A DNA stretch of 63,274 nt, counting the filler, from Rhizaria sp. SCN 62-66 (taxonomy: Eukaryota): the NCBI GenBank assembly GCA_001724265.1. It is 8 parts of 8 records of this genome, joined end to end, with 100 filler letters (N's around TTAATTAATTAA, not from the genome) between each part and the next. Parts side by side here need not be neighbours in the genome. Positions count along the whole stretch, not along the records: positions 29,048 to 36,196 come from MEDY01000609.1; positions 36,297 to 47,336 come from MEDY01000610.1; positions 47,437 to 54,192 come from MEDY01000611.1; 5 more parts are not named here. One strand, 5' to 3'. The notes beneath the pieces were generated by a model. That model saw nothing but the letters and a program-made list of their open reading frames with translations, made no database searches and had not been told where the DNA came from. Made by a program: the position numbers and the translations under genes. The first letter of the stretch is position 1, and each line of letters starts with the position of its first letter. Below, in pieces: positions 35,309 to 48,588 of this stretch.

Positions 35309-36035
35309 TTAGTGGATGATTGAGCCCAATTTAATATCTAAACTTAATTTAAATATAAACCATAGCTTACAGAAACATATGAGAGTTAAATCCGTGACTT
35401 TCGAACATAGATTTACCGTTGATAATCATCATGAAGGACTCAAGATCTATTATTAATCTTATTATTACTAGTAACTATAGGACCACCCATGTGGCACTTT
35501 CGGGTTGCAAATGCTACTACTACTGCGGGCAAAAATATCCGTAGCTGTGGCTAAAATATCCGTAGTTGACCAAGCAAATTTGCGGTGGAAATTGATTTTG
35601 TAATACAATTGGATCGATACATATATATTTATTGATGAAATTTGTTAGACTAAATGAATATGTGAATTATCTATTTGACTATCAATTATCGGTTTAAAAA
35701 AACTCGATTAGCACGTGGTACTCTGTACTTGCTGTTTTCTGCCTGCTCAGCCTTGCCTACACAGGTGGGAGAGGCACTGTTGGGTGCGACGGAGCAACTG
35801 CAGAAGCATGTTGTGCAGCAGGGAGCGAGTGGGCGCTAGCGTGGCTCATGAGCTCGTTTACGCGCGAGATGGCTGCCATGATGTCCTCTGGGGAGCGCAG
35901 ATTACTCAAGCCTCTCTTTGTTGTGAGTGATCATTGCACTGTCTCCCAATGTCACGGCATCATGAGCATGCGGTCTACACAGATTTGATGGCGTTTAGCT
36001 TGTATTAATAGATAAGTGGCTTGCGTCACGAGCCT

Positions 36036-36196
36036 TCTTGGGTGGACAACGTTGCTGTTCACAAGACGGCCCTCGTACGAGAGGTGACCATAGTGACAAA
36101 GCAAAATAATATTCAGTGGAAGTACCTCCCACCGTACACCCCTGCTTTTATACCCATTGAACTCGTTTTTAACGCGATTCGTCACCGCCTGCATGT
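36036..36196 (+). mobile_element. IS630-Tc1-mariner (DDE_3) transposase fragment
   Basis: WVDNVAVHK...YLPPYTPAFIPIELVF matches the DN..H / LPPYSPDLNPIE motif; cut by contig end. Confidence 0.8.
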
Positions 36197-36296
36197 NNNN
36201 NNNNNNNNNNNNNNNNNNNNNNNNNNNNNNNNNNNNNNNNTTAATTAATTAANNNNNNNNNNNNNNNNNNNNNNNNNNNNNNNNNNNNNNNNNNNN
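36197..36296. other. Artificial contig spacer
   Basis: N44-TTAATTAATTAA-N44. Confidence 0.99.
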
Positions 36297-37363
36297 GGTT
36301 GAGGGCCTTGCCGCAGGGGCCGGAGAAGACGCCGGAGGAGTAGAACTGGAAGTTGGAGTTGGCCTCGACAGCGACGGCGACGACGGTCTTCTGGATCGCG
36401 AGCTGGAGCTGGGTCTCATCGTTGGCAGCGACGTTCTTGTAGCCATTGATCTTGGCGACGGGAGTGCACTTGTCGTCCTTGCACTGGCCATCGACGGGGC
36501 GGTAGGGGTAATCCTTGGTCTCGCACAGGCCGTGCTCCTTGACGTACTCGAAAGCGTTGGTCATGAGGCCGCCGTTGCAGCCCTCGTTGCCGTACTGCGC
36601 AGAGCAGTCGACGAGCTGGGACTCGGAGAGGTCGTACAGCTTGCCGGTCTCGATCTGGACAGAGCCCTCGACAGCGGCGTTGGCGGAGAAAGCCCAGCAG
36701 GAGCCGCACTGGCCCTGGTTCTTGACGGCGTTGACGGCGCCGGCCTCACGCCAGTCGACGGAGGAGCCATTGGCGTTGCCGGAGAGCTTGACAACGTTCT
36801 TGGAGCGGGCGAAGTCGCGCTTGATGGTCTTGAGGCCAAACTTGGCGGAGAACTCGTCGAAGGTGAGGTCGGCGAACTCGTTGACGGCCATCTTGTAGGA
36901 GGAGTCGCGGTCGTTGTGGGCGATGATGGTCTAAACATCACACAAAGAGATCCAAAGACGAGAAAACAGTGAGACCAAGCTGATCCAAAAACAGGCTCAA
37001 TAGCAAAAACAGGAGGTCGATCACGAGTCAAGATCAAGTTCAAATGGTTCATAGACGTACGTTGATGTTGTCCTTGAAGGTGGTGAACTTCTGGAAGACG
37101 GCGTTGGACGTGGTCTCCTTCTTGTACTGAGTCAGGAACTTGACGAAGAGGTGCTCGTACTATGGAGTAGAAGGAGGAATGCAAACAAAGGGCGGAGGAA
37201 AGTGAGGGCATTGATTCGAGAGATGTGTCAAGGGAAGTAAGAAAAGTAGCTAAAGCGGGGTTTAGAATGGGCTAGTGCATACCTGGGCCTCAGTGAGAGG
37301 GGCAGTCGCGGAGACAGCGGCAGCAGCAGCGATGGCAAGGATAGCAACCTTGGTGGCAGACAT
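36297..37363 (-). CDS. Cathepsin L-like papain-family (C1A) cysteine protease, 3'-truncated; exons 37363-37283, 37160-37062, 36930-36297
   Basis: Signal peptide; I29 propeptide ([14 protein letters not shown]); [20 protein letters not shown]; contig ends just before the catalytic His. Confidence 0.95.
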
Positions 37364-37899
37364 CTTGGCGAGGAGACTGTCGTCGGAAAGGGGAGATAAT
37401 ATCGGAGCGCAAAGTCGAAGGAGAGATGAGCGGGGGAGTCCGAGGATATGGAGGGTAAATGTTGCGCACAGAAGGAATACTATTTGATTTGCAAGGCACG
37501 GATATGCGGAGTAAAAGATCATGAAGGTCGCTGTCAGAAATGCGCGCGGTAGCGTGGTCAAGATGCACATTTTAGAAAAAGCGCGTGAGGTAGCGGCGAC
37601 GTGTCCTCGATAGGTTGCGAATTGCGGACTTGACATCCAAAATAAACGTGCTGCATGACACAGAATTAAGATAATACTCACAAAAGAGCACACGACCTAA
37701 CAAAGTTACAGCTGCTTTCCGGACTGCTCGCAAACTCGCCATATCAATGTTTTGTTCATCCACCGCCTCTGCTCTGAAACCGCGAGCTACGCGTCGGCCC
37801 GAGCTTCTCACGGTCACCCCACTCCCAGCCACAAATTTCTTTCAAGTTGCCATGAAAGTCCCTGAATCCCAATATCATATGTATTCTTATGTTATTATT

Positions 37900-37995
37900 T
37901 GTTACCGTCGACATTCTGCATAAAATTCCAGTCGACAGCTTTTGCCGGTCGCGATTTAAAGGTGGCGTTTCTCGTGTATACACACTTCGTTTTCC
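37900..37995 (-). repeat. Dispersed repeat family, inverted and internally deleted copy
   Basis: Reverse complement GAAAACGAAGTGTGTATACACGAGAAACGCCACCTTTA...TTTATGCAGAATGTCGACGGTAACAA matches 47565-47604 and 38070-38095. Confidence 0.7.
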
Positions 37996-37996
37996 N

Positions 37997-38095
37997 CCAC
38001 CTTTATATGCCCGCCCCGAAACGGCCGCGGGTGGTGTTTGCCCCAGTGTGAGCCTGTGAGACTTGGTATTTTATGCTAAATGTCGGCGGTAACAA
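37997..38095 (+). repeat. Dispersed repeat family copy
   Basis: CCACCTTTATATGC.CGCCCCGAAACGGC...GGGTGGTGTTTGCCCCAGTGTGAGCCTGTGA.ACTTGGTATTT near-identical to 47596-47683. Confidence 0.85.
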
Positions 38096-38768
38096 TATTT
38101 CAGTCTGTTATGATGTTGTTTTGCATAAAGTATGATTCACAGCTAGCTATCGGAAGCGTGGGTCAGAGATTCCGTCTCACAATGTCTTATTTGCATATCC
38201 TTCCGAGGAGTTGTCGGTGTAACTTACCTTTTATTAACATAACGCTTGTATTTCAAATTGGAATCAAATGCCAACTTGAACTCTGCTAATATACTTTGAT
38301 ACAGGGCGTCCAGTGAGAGACCTGCAAATCGTCCGCCGCGGTTGTTCGCGGGACATGCCAGGCTCGTCGTCGCAACGCTCGACCACACGGGCTGGATCCG
38401 ATCCGCCCTCCTGACCTCCCAGCCAACTGGTGGCGCAGTCGCACAGGTGTTGACACTAAGGTCTTATTGTTGTATTTAAACTGACGAAATGGTACTTAAA
38501 ATGACATTCTTACATTATTTGATACTGCATACGCTAATTCATCCGCAAACCAGTGTGCGTCACTCCGCAGCGGCCGTTTGCTGACTGCTCTCATCTCGCT
38601 CCCCACAACAACACCGTTCTGGCCGTCGTTGCTCGGAGTCGCATGATTGTTTGCTCATTTGTTGTTGTTTTGTTTCGTTTGGTTTTGACGACGTAGAGGC
38701 TCTTCGAGGACAAAGCGCTCAGAACCTCAACACCACAACATTACCACACGCTTGAGAGCTTAAGGAGC

Positions 38769-39853
38769 TTATGAGATGTAGGTCGACTCCTGCTTGGAGA
38801 GGTGGCGCGAAATGTACTCCTGGTGGAATTGCTGCGAGCGCATGAATTGCTCTGTGAAAAGGAGAGATAAAGAAAAATTGTGTGTGTGTGTGTGTGTGTG
38901 TGTGATGAGCAGAATCATGAACGCAAATTATTTCAACAACAATTAAAAGTGAAAATAAAAATAACTAAGCAACCCTTGATGCTACAGTACAGCAATTCAA
39001 CGTAAGTTGAGAGAAAAACAGAGTGAGTGATGAGAGAGTCGCACGCACCTGCCATGAGCCTGTTGAGGGTCTCGATGAACTCCTCCTTGAGCTGCGCCTC
39101 GCGCTCCAGCATCATCGCCTCCACCTCGGCGCGGCTCAGCTTCTTGTTCTTCTTGGCCGGTGCAAACACCATCGCCTCAAGCGCTGCCATGCCGCCCATG
39201 CCGGAACCCATGACGGAACTCATGCTGTTTGCGGAGGTGAGCGAAGGCGCGGGCGAGAGCGGCGGCGAGACGGACGACATCGCCCGCTGCGACGCGTCGC
39301 GGCTGCCACCAAGCGCCGCGGAGACCGACGACACCGAAGCCGACGCAGAGGCAGAGGCTGAGGCTGAGGTGGAGTCTGAGGCGGAAGCTGAGGAGGCTGC
39401 AAGCCAACGGTCGATGAACGCGCTGGCGGGCTCCTTGGCCTGGAAGTCGTAGACGGCGCGCGCCGACAGCGCGACATCCTCCTCATCCTCGCGCCGCTGT
39501 TGCGCCTGGTGCTGTTGGTAGTGGACGGGGAAGGTCGCGGCCGAGACTGGGACACGGCGGAACTTATGTCCCGCAGCGTCGGCAGCCACGGCGGCCGCGA
39601 ACGCCTGCGCCTGCGCCTGTGCGTGGGGGGTCATGCCGCCAATGCTGGCACCAGTACCGGGGGACGCGGAGCCGAAGCCCGCGGTGTGGGTGCCGGTGGG
39701 CGTCGCGGAGGCGAAGGGCGCGTTGCCGTGGGTCGAGGTAAGGAACATGACCCGCCGGGGGGAGCAGTGGGTGAGGGCGTCGGGGACGAAGCCAGAGGCC
39801 GCGGACGGGCTCATCGGCGACTCGTAATGGCGCTTAAAGGCGCTGCGGGACAT
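38769..39853 (-). CDS. AKIRIN: Akirin homologue; exons 39853-39049 and 38851-38769
   Basis: Spliced C-terminus MLEREAQLKEEFIETLNRLMAEQFMRSQQFHQEYISRHLSKQESTYIS-TAA aligns with the Akirin C-terminal helix ending in SYVS. N-terminus MSRSAFKRHYESPMSP resembles Akirin's LKR...SP start. Confidence 0.8.
38879..38904. repeat. (TG)n microsatellite in the Akirin intron
   Basis: Uninterrupted TG run. Confidence 0.95.
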
Positions 39854-41608
39854 CAGGCGGGGACGGGAGCGCGGGAACCCGGCGAGAGGGGGCGTGGCGG
39901 ACACGGAAAGTAGACGCTGGAAACTTGAGAGGGAGGAAGGGAAGCTTGTGTGGGGGAAGGGGCTGGGCGCGAAGAGATGACGTCGAAAGAAGTGAGGAAT
40001 TTGTGTGAGTACAATTCAGGTGTATTTTTAAAATATGGTGTGCAATATAATCAAAGGCGTCGTCCCAATCTTGCGAATAAACACGTCCAATGAGTGTACA
40101 GACATCCCCTCTCATAGCCACCCGTTGAGCTCAACCCCTGCGGAGACCGAGACCGAAACGCTCATATACCATTTGTGGCTGCGGCGTCGCCACGGCAAAC
40201 GCGCGCTTTGACGATGACAATGCATTTCTGCTGGATCACTTGTTTATAAATAGTTTAAATAGAACATGTAGTACTGACAATATGTTGTATTATTGCTAAT
40301 TGCTGCTTGATTATACATCCTTATGGGGACTGAAAATGCTAGGATCTGAGTGGTTCAAACAGCCGACTTCCAATGCTAATATATCGTGTAGGAATAACGA
40401 CAGTAGTCTTAACCTTATTACACAGAGTATAAGAATCTTCTGTGTTAGCAAAGCGACAAATGCATTGTTTTATGATCCACTCTATATCTTGATCAACCGT
40501 ATTAGAGAAAGTTAACCTGGAGTCTTGATCCTGCTTCAAGGCAGAAACAGCGCAGCGTGGCGCAATGCACGAGCGCTATGAGTGTGGCCGACCAATCATT
40601 GTGCATAATACAGTATGATTACGGTGATGTCGCACTCTAACACGACGATGAAGCTGTCTACGACGCACAAGCAGCGTAGATATAACCGGTGCAGGGTTGA
40701 AGACTTCTGATAAAGCCTTATCTGAGCCAGTCAAGTAGCCAAGATGAACGGCTGATGCAAGATATGCCAAACCCATAGGAACGCTATAAAGTCACAATTA
40801 TTGCATCAGTAGATACAATGAGCCTTCAAACCTTCGTCGACACCAACAAGCAGCCTCTCAAAGCAATCCAATCACGCTAAGGCCGAAGCCAACGGCCTGC
40901 GACGACCGACTCAGAAAGGACGCTTAACAACGTCAGAAAAGACAACAATTATCGCAGCTACGATTTTCGACCAATACAACACCAGTCATTGCGTTGTACC
41001 TCTATTCAACGACGCCTTCCCTGCTTACCTGTCTGCCCTTCGCCCTGTCCGCCCTGCTAGACCCTCGACTCGGCGCCACACTGGCTGGCGGATGGCGACT
41101 GGTGACGACTGTGGCAAGAAAAGTCAAGCCGGTCCAGCACACCGGAAAAGGCGTTTTGAAGTGCAGTGACACGCTAACATCTTGCATTTGCAATTGTAAG
41201 GTGCAGTCTAGTATTATATGATTCGGTTTTTCTATACCACGACTTTTTTCGTGACACTGACGACTATAGTTGGAGCATTTCGATGCATGCCAACGTTCAC
41301 TGCGGAACCGGCCCCGAATGTCCTAAATCGCATCTGCGCCCTTGTAACCCTCTCACAGAAAACATATTTTGTGTATTCTACTGTCTAGATCTCTCCCTTT
41401 GCCCCGCAGCGTGGTTACGCAACTTAAATCCCCGTTCCCACCACTCCCAGCCCCGCCGAGGCCTCGTGCGCTGTCTTCTCTGTTGCGCGCCCGTCGCTCT
41501 CTGCCGTCTCCCTTCACACCCGTCCTGTCACCGCTGCTCTTTTGCTGTGATAGCCATACTTCTCTTGCCTCTTTGTGAGCTCTGTGTACCTTGTCTGCCG
41601 TAACTACG

Positions 41609-44600
41609 ATGCTGTCCCGCACTGCTCTCCTGCGCAACGCCGCGTCCAAGCGCGTCGCCCGCTCCGTCGCCACTCTTGCCGCCAACGGCTCCGGCTCCGT
41701 CTCCGGCGCTGCCCCCAGCTCGAGCGCCAACGCCGCCAAGCCTGCGACCGTGACCGCCGGTCTCCGTGACTTCACTCCCGCCGTCTCTGTCTTGAGCCGC
41801 GCTTTCACCGCCGCCAGCGCCAGCACCACCGCCGCCGCCACCGCAGTCCCTGGCACTCGCGCCCGCACCGCGACCGCTGCCCCCGCATCGTCGTCGTCGG
41901 CAGCCCGCCGCGCCTACTCCTCACAGTCCCCCAAGTCCGCCCTCGCCGCCGCCGCCAAGGCCGCCGCCAAGCGCGCGGGCGCCGGCGCGCCGCAGCAGTC
42001 CCCGTCCCGCAGCTACAGCAACACCGCCTCTGCGGCGGCTGCTGTGGCTGCGCGCGTGGAGACGGCGGCCAAGCTGGGCGCGGCGTTCGGCGTCAAGAAC
42101 ATGGGCCACCCCGCGCTGTGGGCGCCGCAGTGCGCGCGCACGCTTTCGTCCTTCACTAAGGTCGGCCGCGTCGAGGGCAAGACGGCTCCCGACGCTCAGC
42201 TCCGCAAGGCCTTCCCCGAGTACAAGCCCCAGGCCGCCGACTCCGCCGACGCCAACGCGGCCGCTCACAGCGCGAGCTCCAGTATGAGCGCCCCCGCGGC
42301 GACCGTGGCCGCGGCTGCTGCGGCCAAGTCTGCGAGCGCGGCCGCCAGCGCTGAGAGCGCGGCAGTGAGCAAAGGTGAACAGCAGCTGGCCTCGGCGCGC
42401 GCGTTCGTCGCCCAGGCCAAGCACGCCAGCTCTAGCAGCCACGGCAGCAGAGACTCTGACTCGGGCAGCAGCGTCGCCCAGAGCCAGAGCGACGGCAGCA
42501 ACGGCGGCAGCGGCGGCAGCGACAAGAGCAAGAGCAAGAAGGGCGACGGCTTCCGCTGGGGCCGCTTCTTCACCGGACTGACGCTGTCCGCGGCCGCTGC
42601 CGTGGCCGCGGCTGTGGCGCTGGACGAGCGCATTGGCATGGCGATCAAGGACTTCCTCGGTCTGGACCCCATTCACGACCACGAGGAGGACGACATGGCC
42701 GGCATCGCCGTCATGCCAGTTATCCCGGCCCCCGACAAGCCGTTTGAGCACCCGCTCAACCAGTCGAGCTGGTTCCGCCGCACGTGGTTCCGTATCACGC
42801 GCCTCTGCACGCTTGCCCTCACGTTCCTCCCGCTCGGCGTCGCCTGGTTCAAGCTGTGGCGCTCTGACTATGATCCCGAGGTCCGCAAAGCCTTCCTGGC
42901 CACGCTCGTGGCGTGCCTCGAGCGCGCTGGATGCTCGTTCCTCAAGTTCGGCCAGTGGCTCTCGATGCGGCCCGACATGTTCCCGCCCGACGTGATCGAG
43001 GTGCTGTCCGGTATGCGCGACAACGCGCCGTCGCATCCCCTCTCGGCGACGCGCGACATGATCCGGCAGCACTTCCACTGCGAGTTGGAGGAGATGTTCT
43101 GCGAGTTCGAGCCCGCGCCCGTGGCGTCTGGCTCCATCGCGCAGGTGTACCGCGCGCGCCTCAGCCCCGAGTGGGCCGCTAAGGCCGGGCTGCACGATGA
43201 GCGCGGGCGGCCCGTCTCCGAAGTTGCTGTCAAGGTGCGGCACCCGGCCGTGCTGGATGAGACGTGGATGGACGTCGACCTCATCTTCGGCTTCGTCAAC
43301 AACTCGGCCGTCATGGCCGTACCCTTCAGCAAGGACGAGTTCTCGCGTATGATGCAGAAGCAGGTCGACTTCAACTGGGAGGGACACTACCTCACGCGGT
43401 TCGCGTACAACTTCCGCGAGGAGGTCGAGCACGGCCACTTGCGCTTCCCCGCCGTCTCCAAGAACCTGCTCTCCGAGTCTGTACTTATCGAGGCCTGGGC
43501 GCAGGGCAAGTCTGTGGCTAACATCTTCACCAGCGTCGGCGACGGCTTCCTCGCCCCCGGACAGGTCGCCGACCACTCGGCCGCGACCGTCGACCAGCCC
43601 GTCATCGACGGCCTCGCCGACGGGACCGGCGCACCGCTGGTGCACACCGAGCCCGAGCCGAGCGTGTGGGAGCGCGCGCGCGACTGGGGCCGTGGTAAGC
43701 GCGAGGAGTTCCAGGCCATGACCGAGGCCCTGCTCCCTGCTAAGGTCGTCCGTCAGGTACGTTAGTCGTTGTGTCGAAAAATGAATGCTTTTTTCATGAA
43801 ACTGTGTTTTCCTGACTTTTGATTTTTTTTTCTCACTCTTTCTCGCTTTTTTTGTTTTTGGTCTCTTTGTTTATCTTAGGCCCGCCGTGCGCGCCGCGCG
43901 CTACTGCGCGAGGGCGAGGACGAGTACGACCTTACTGCTCTGTCCACGGACCCCCTGGCAGCCGCGACCGACGGACACGCGTTTAACGCCGACCTCATGA
44001 TCAAGAAGAAGCGTCTCGCCTTCACCATGTTCGACATGTTCCTCAAGATGTTCTTGCGCGACAACCTCATCCACGGCGACCTGCACGCGGGTAACGTGCT
44101 CTTCGACACGGCGCACTCGGCCTGCACCGTGCTCGACGCCGGCCTCACTGTGTCGCTCGACAAGGACATGCAGGCCGGCTTCGGCAAGTTCCTCCTCGCT
44201 ATCTGCTCTGGTACGTGTTGCTACTTTAGCTACAATAAGAACGAACTCTGCATGCGAGAGAACGAGAATTAATACCATCTTCACTGCACTTATGTAAAAT
44301 CATATACTCCGATGACATTTTCAAACGTTACATATTTTTGCTAAAACATATGCTCATGTGTGCTATATTCATTGAAATATTTTCGATTGCTGTTGTTTTT
44401 CAGGTTCTCCTGTGGCGCTTGTCGAGCGCATTACCGACTTCGAGGTTTCCCTCCCGGGCCAGACGCAGACCTCCGGCAAGGGCAAGCTTGCTCTGGACCC
44501 CGCTGTCCGCCAGGCCTTCAGCAAAGACATCGACGCCATCTGCGAGAAGTTTTTCCAGACGAGCAAGTTCATGGGCGTCGAGGTAGGCCCGCGCCAGCGC

Positions 44601-44822
44601 CCCAAGAACGTGTCGATCGGCGATGTGGTGGGGCAGGTGCTGCTGACGATGCAGCGGCACGGCGTGGTGTTGCGCGGCGACGTGGCGACGTCCATCATGG
44701 CCATGTCGGTGTGCGAGGGCCTCATCCGTCAGCTCGACCCCACGCTCGACATCGTACTCAAATCGCTGCCCTACTTCGTTAAGTACAAAGGCTTCTCCAG
44801 TGTCTCCGCCATCACGCTCTAA
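41609..44822 (+). CDS. ABC1/UbiB atypical kinase, ADCK2-like, probably mitochondrial; exons 41609-43756, 43880-44210, 44404-44822
   Basis: KFGQWLSMRPDMFP, PVASGSIAQVYRA, VAVKVRHP, IHGDLHAGN, LDAGL, EGLIRQLDP; Arg/Ser/Ala-rich presequence; two GTACGT introns; ends TAA. Confidence 0.9.
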
Positions 44823-44873
44823 GCGCAGCGCGCGCGAAGCTCCCGTGTGTGAGTGGCTGGGCTTGCCCTCTCG

Positions 44874-44875
<2 letters not shown>

Positions 44876-44922
<47 letters not shown>
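44876..44922. repeat. (CT)n microsatellite
   Basis: Uninterrupted CT run downstream of the kinase stop. Confidence 0.95.
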
Positions 44923-44924
<2 letters not shown>

Positions 44925-45466
44925 GAGCGGAAGGCGGACTCAAGTCGCGTGATCGTCGAACTCATGCAAGAGCTACTTAGACTTGGATTAGTATTTATAT
45001 AATCTGATCTTAATAACGTCGAAACGTGCTGTTGCTGTTGAGTGGTGTATTTTCTGTGGTTTTGTTGTTGCTCTGTATTTTACTTTGTTCTGTGTTTTGT
45101 GCATGTGTGTTTGTGTATGTCTAAATTTGGATGTTTGGTGGATGTGGTATGTGTCAAGTAAGGTCAAGTATTCTTAGATATGATCGGGAGAGAGAGAATT
45201 GCCGACTGGACAAACGAATGCCTTGGAATGTTGTCCTACATGTACATGTACATACGTATGTACAACAAAAGGTACACCCCAAAAATGGCTGTGTGTCGCT
45301 CAGTGACACAAGCGTACGTAAAAGAAAAAACGCTTGTTTCTTACTGCCGGTCGCTTGCCGTCATTTGATCAACTGTAATGTGTACGTTTAAAACGTGGTT
45401 ACTCTTAATATTTATGCGTATTTATGATAATTCGATGTTGAGAAAGGAATAAACCAACAATTATTT

Positions 45467-45676
45467 CTACGTCGTAACATCATTGTACCGACTGGCGCTG
45501 CTCACGCCGAGCTTGGTGAGCACGCCGAGGCCGCTCCCGCCGTGACCGCCGAGGAGGCCGCGGCCGCCGCCAACGCCAACGACGGTCTCCCTGAGGTTGT
45601 CGCTGACCTGCGCGCGCACATCATCGAGGCCCTCAAGGAGGTCAAGCCCGATGCCTCCGCCGAGCAGGTCATCCAG
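45467..45676 (+). other. Orphan exon-like segment
   Basis: TGAAHAELGEHAEAAPAVTAEEAAAAANANDGLPEVVADLRAHIIEALKEVKPDASAEQVIQ with strong codon bias, ending CAG|GTGCGT; no in-frame ATG or clear acceptor upstream. Confidence 0.5.
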
Positions 45677-47336
45677 GTGCGTTCTAACAAGATTTAGCGA
45701 CACTAATACTCAACTCGAAGCTTATTTCGTTTGTGTTCTGTGTAACTGGGTTTATGCTTAAAATCATCGATTTGTACGATCTTGCGTTATTTTAGCACAT
45801 GAATGTTGTGATAATGTCACTTCGCGTCATTTGATAGTGGCAGTCACTGGGCCTTCACTGGCCGCAGGCTCATCATCATCGCACTTCTAAATCAAAAAAA
45901 ATCAACACCGCTGAAAAGGTTAACATGTGCCGTGTGTACAACGCTGGCTTTCTGCGTCTTCTACGATACCTCCGCTCCGCTATGGGCCCTTTAGCCCGGC
46001 AGGCCGTGTCACCCCCTGCCCACTGCTTTATTAATAATACGTACGTACGTACGTGGGATGTATTGCTTAGTACAACCATGCGGATCTCGATTCATGATGA
46101 GGGTCACACTCAATCTTGGGTGGCAAGGGGTGAATCCACGTCACTGAATGTTGTCCACAGACTCGTGATAATCCTCAATTCTTACGATTCGCACCTTTAT
46201 TGAAATGCTCTATTATGATTACTACCTTACAGTTGTGGCGATCTATGTCACTCTGAAAAATCCCCTGATCAGAAGACCACCAAACGCTTGGTAGGTCACT
46301 CGGCTACCTAACTATGACGGAATATATCTCTTTATAATCAAACTTAACTTAATAAATCTTGCATTTCCTAACGTGGTAACACTTTAGATAGTAAATTAAT
46401 TCGGTTATTTTTGTTTATTTACAATTTTCACAAATATATCCTTATTTTAAGTGCCCCGACTTGGACTCTGTAGGTACGTTTTCAGAAACTGACTTCAAGG
46501 TAGTTGCGGAATCGAAATTTAAACACAAAAATTCAAAAGTCAAAAAACGATCACAATCAAAAACGAGTTTCAACATCACCCGAAAGTGTATATACCGCGG
46601 TTGCTGCGATATTAGTTTTTTCGTAAATCCTGGATATGGACCTAAAAAAGATTCCAACCACAATTTAAAATGATTTCATAGTTTATGAAACTGAGGATTA
46701 CACATATCTCGAAAATAAGACTTAATAATAACCTTCATCTATATTAATATTAAAATCTGATTCGGACACACAACATGTACACAACACCCCTCAAATTGCC
46801 AAAAAATGACCCGTCAGCCGTTATTATGGCACCGACTGGTTATGGGGGAAATGACCAGCGAATCCAGGGAATGAGCGAAGCTAGGTGTCCGCGAACTGCA
46901 ACGACAGACTGCGAACGTCGGGGAATGGCGTGCGTCGGCGGCCTGGGTGATGGCGTGAGCGATGGGAGCGGGACTTTTGGCAAGCTTTTCGATCGCTATA
47001 CGCTTTCCCCAGGTTTGAACATTACGTTATGCTGCTTCATGAACTGGACTCGAGGGAGCAACGCCGTACAGGAAATGAGCCCCACTTTTGAGTGGGAATA
47101 TCACCGAGATTACATCGAAAATCGCTTTAAATTGCATACTCGTTTATTAACGCGTATTTTCTGTTATATGAAAATCTTTTTACATGCTAACAGGAGTTTA
47201 ATATACCTTAACTCTCTGTCTTGAAAGTGTCTCACCAACGTTCTTTCTCAACGCTCTTGCCCCACTTGCCTCACCCTCAACAGCTTCGCCCGAGTTCGAA
47301 TCCCGACCTCGTATGGCAAGCTCTCCATCGAGGCTT

Positions 47337-47436
47337 NNNNNNNNNNNNNNNNNNNNNNNNNNNNNNNNNNNNNNNNNNNNTTAATTAATTAANNNNNNNN
47401 NNNNNNNNNNNNNNNNNNNNNNNNNNNNNNNNNNNN
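47337..47436. other. Artificial contig spacer
   Basis: N44-TTAATTAATTAA-N44. Confidence 0.99.
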
Positions 47437-47564
47437 ACACCACCCTAATAAAGGGAGCTTGGGAGGTCGTTGGGTGCCGTTTCTCTGTGGATTTCCTGTG
47501 AGAGAGTCCCTTTATGTAAAATCTCGCGCGTAACATATTATGAATTGTTATTGTTGTTTTCACA

Positions 47565-47694
47565 GAAAATCGAAGTCTGTAATACACAAGAAACGCCACC
47601 TTTATATGCACGCCCCGAAACGGCTATGGGTGGTGTTTGCCCCAGTGTGAGCCTGTGAAACTTGGTATTTCATACTAAATGTCAATTGTAACAA
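47565..47694 (+). repeat. Dispersed repeat family copy (most complete of three)
   Basis: Matches both 37997-38095 (direct) and 37900-37995 (inverted). Confidence 0.85.
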
Positions 47695-48588
47695 CTGCTG
47701 TATATCAGCTCGTCTTTTATCACGCCTTCATTGATCGACCTAACGGACTTTAAGTCCCTGCTCACGGTCACCCAGCGACGTCGCCTTCTTGACTTATCCC
47801 AAAATTAATCATCACATATGCTTTGAATAAGCGTATTTGTAAAGTATTGTTCTCATGTGCAACAAAGCTGTGGACTAATATTATGATTACTACAAACCTG
47901 TGTACATAGATGAGTAAAAGTCGCGGCAAAGTGACATCGCCTCTAGTTCCCTGTCAATCACTGGGCCTGCTGCCAGCAGCCAGGCGCAGTGTTTCCTGAA
48001 TGAAACACTCTACCCCACGTGTAGTGCGTGTAAACCGATTTTGATGGATAATTTTGAGAATATTTGATTAATTCCAAATAGCATGTGTATTTTTCCAATT
48101 CTTAGCTGCGCTTTTCTTACAGTTCCAAAGCCGTAATGGCCTGCTTTATGTGCTGACCTCGTTTGCTCTCCTTTGGGAAAGAAGCCTGCAACGGCCAGCA
48201 CGGGCAACCATTTTGCGCGCTGATCAAACGTTGAAACACCTTTTCAATAATTCTAAAATGCTTTTATATTTAAGTTTCAGCTATATTTGCACATTTTATT
48301 TCCCATATCTGCGGCTGTAAGCTGATAATTTACTTTTCAGTGATCGGTCCTTCATACGACCAGAGAATTCACGCGACGAGGCTTGTGAGGACATAGACGC
48401 GTGAACCTTCGACATCTCGCCAGCATTTGTGCTTTAACGTTCAACTCACACCACTTACTTGTCCAGTTTTTCCTCAATTACTCTTATTCCTTCCTTAGAA
48501 GCGCTCTCTTTGGCACTTTCCTCCAAATTGGATACCTGCAAGGAGCAGACGACTATTTTCCGTCGACCCAAAGACGCAAAGCCGGCCA

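Noticed and set aside
47285-47310. GAGTTCGAATCCC B-box-like motif as a tRNA
   Set aside because: No acceptor stem, D arm or anticodon arm can be built around it.
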